Positions 4,780-5,303 of a stretch of DNA of 5,303 nucleotides are shown one piece after another. The first letter of the stretch is position 1. The number at the start of each line of letters is the position of its first letter. The notes beneath the pieces were generated by a model, which did not search any database, had not been told where the DNA came from, and saw only the letters and a program-made list of their open reading frames with translations. A program made the translations under genes and the position numbers. This stretch comes from a virus: positions 1 through 5,303 of the IMG/VR virus record IMGVR_UViG_3300022670_000052. One strand, given 5' to 3'.

Positions 4780-5303
4780 TTAGACTCCCGCGTACAGAGA
4801 AGAACGAGAAGGAGGAACGGTGCGTTGGCAGCTAATATCTAGCCTGCCAGCCACGTTCCAGTGACGAAGTTGATTTGTCTGGAAGACGTCATCGTACTCC
4901 GTGTCGCCAACATAGTTGGCTTTGTCTTGTGTATCGATTGGAGTATCGATGAAAGAATAACCGTCCAGAACTTTGTATAGACGGTGAACGATATTCGGAT
5001 GATATCGGTAGTGTTGTCCGAACGGGATAGCGCCGAAGCCGCTACCAGAACCGTTCGAAAAGAAGTCTGCAGGAACCATGTCCACAGGAGGCTCAGCAGA
5101 TACCAGAGCAGGATCACCCGCTTGCTCCAGGTAGGAGGCATCAACTTGTTGAAGGAGGAACGCACGCTCATCGACGTGGATCGTCGGGAAGCGTAGGAGG
5201 GCCATTATCCAGAGCCCACCATGTTCAGGAAAGAATTTACGACGGAATGAAAACTTTCCGACAACTGAGCTTTTTCCCGAATGGGATCCAAGAGCAGCAT
5301 CGT
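4780..5303 (-). CDS. F: Major capsid protein F, C-terminal part; 5160..5303 duplicates 1..144, and the stop TAA is at 4782..4780
   Basis: The track ORF 4780..5205 is in frame with the 883..2 reading frame (44..46 equals 5203..5205). The joined product is 420 aa, against about 426 aa for phiX174 F. The C-terminal segments AGDPALV, QHYRYHPNIVHRLYKVLDGYSFI and QLRHWN resemble phiX AGDPVLY, QWYRYAPSYVSPAYHLLEGFPFI and QLLQWN. Confidence 0.93.
   Translation of the reverse strand, partial: DAALGSHSGKSSVVGKFSFRRKFFPEHGGLWIMALLRFPTIHVDERAFLLQQVDASYLEQAGDPALVSAEPPVDMVPADFFSNGSGSGFGAIPFGQHYRYHPNIVHRLYKVLDGYSFIDTPIDTQDKANYVGDTEYDDVFQTNQLRHWNVAGRLDISCQRTVPPSRSSLYAGV
5160..5303. repeat. Terminal direct repeat, copy 2
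   Basis: Identical to 1..144. The offset between the two copies is 5159 nt. Confidence 0.95.

Larger units (their letters stand above)
1..5159 (-). other. One full unit of a circular phiX174-like (Bullavirinae-like) Microviridae genome, 5159 nt, with all genes on the minus strand
   Basis: The exact 144-nt terminal direct repeat implies circularity. The gene set and order A-(B)-C-D-J-F-G-H match phiX174. The unit size is typical of microviruses. The capsid reading frame runs without interruption across the junction. Confidence 0.9.

Noticed and set aside
4839-5171. A 110-aa minus-strand ORF nested in the C-terminal part of F, with a hydrophobic stretch (VILLWYLLSLLWTWFL)
   Set aside because: An ATG is present, but there is no Shine-Dalgarno motif and no precedent for overprinting in F. 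The composition is Trp/Ser/Thr-rich and looks off-frame. It is a weaker lysis candidate than 1267..1461.
302-5196. The remaining plus-strand ORFs in the track (302..610, 1131..1409, 1785..2123, 2153..2350, 2760..2975, 2976..3257, 3299..3517, 3514..3906, 4386..4613, 4984..5196)
   Set aside because: All are antisense to well-supported minus-strand genes. They are short, compositionally odd (R/S/P-rich), and lack recognisable motifs or ribosome-binding sites.
1-5303. A search for tRNA, rRNA, CRISPR arrays, integrase or transposase genes
   Set aside because: No repeat-spacer periodicity or cloverleaf-like segments were noticed. Every long ORF is accounted for by microvirus structural or replication genes.

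Overview
This window is one complete circular ssDNA microvirus genome, linearised with a terminal overlap. Bases 1..144 are identical to 5160..5303, so the unit length is 5159 nt. All genes lie on the window's minus strand, so the packaged, mRNA-sense strand is the reverse complement of what is shown. Gene order and protein motifs match the phiX174 (Bullavirinae) plan: A (rolling-circle Rep), B nested in A, a C-position gene, D, J, F, G, H. All phiX174 comparisons here are by-eye alignments to sequences I remember, not database searches, and they suggest a distant relative. The supplied ORF track misses two genes. The major capsid gene F crosses the linearisation point, running 883->1 and continuing 5159->4780 for 420 aa. 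The 47-aa basic J gene (883..1026) is too short for the track. The genome has essentially no intergenic DNA, because almost every stop codon overlaps or abuts the next start. The items most worth follow-up are listed below. (1) A 64-aa membrane-type ORF nested in the +1 frame of D is a candidate phiX E-like lysis gene, but it sits in a different part of D. (2) The A/B/C junction carries an extra 51-aa ORF coupled by ATGA to the A stop. (3) Two origin-like motifs lie inside A; one matches the phiX174 nick decamer at 9 of 10 positions. (4) The G spike protein is enlarged and highly divergent. (5) GATC is abundant, whereas phiX174 has none, which argues against a Dam+ enterobacterial host. I could not call promoters or canonical intrinsic terminators, and no tRNA, rRNA, CRISPR or transposon features are visible.
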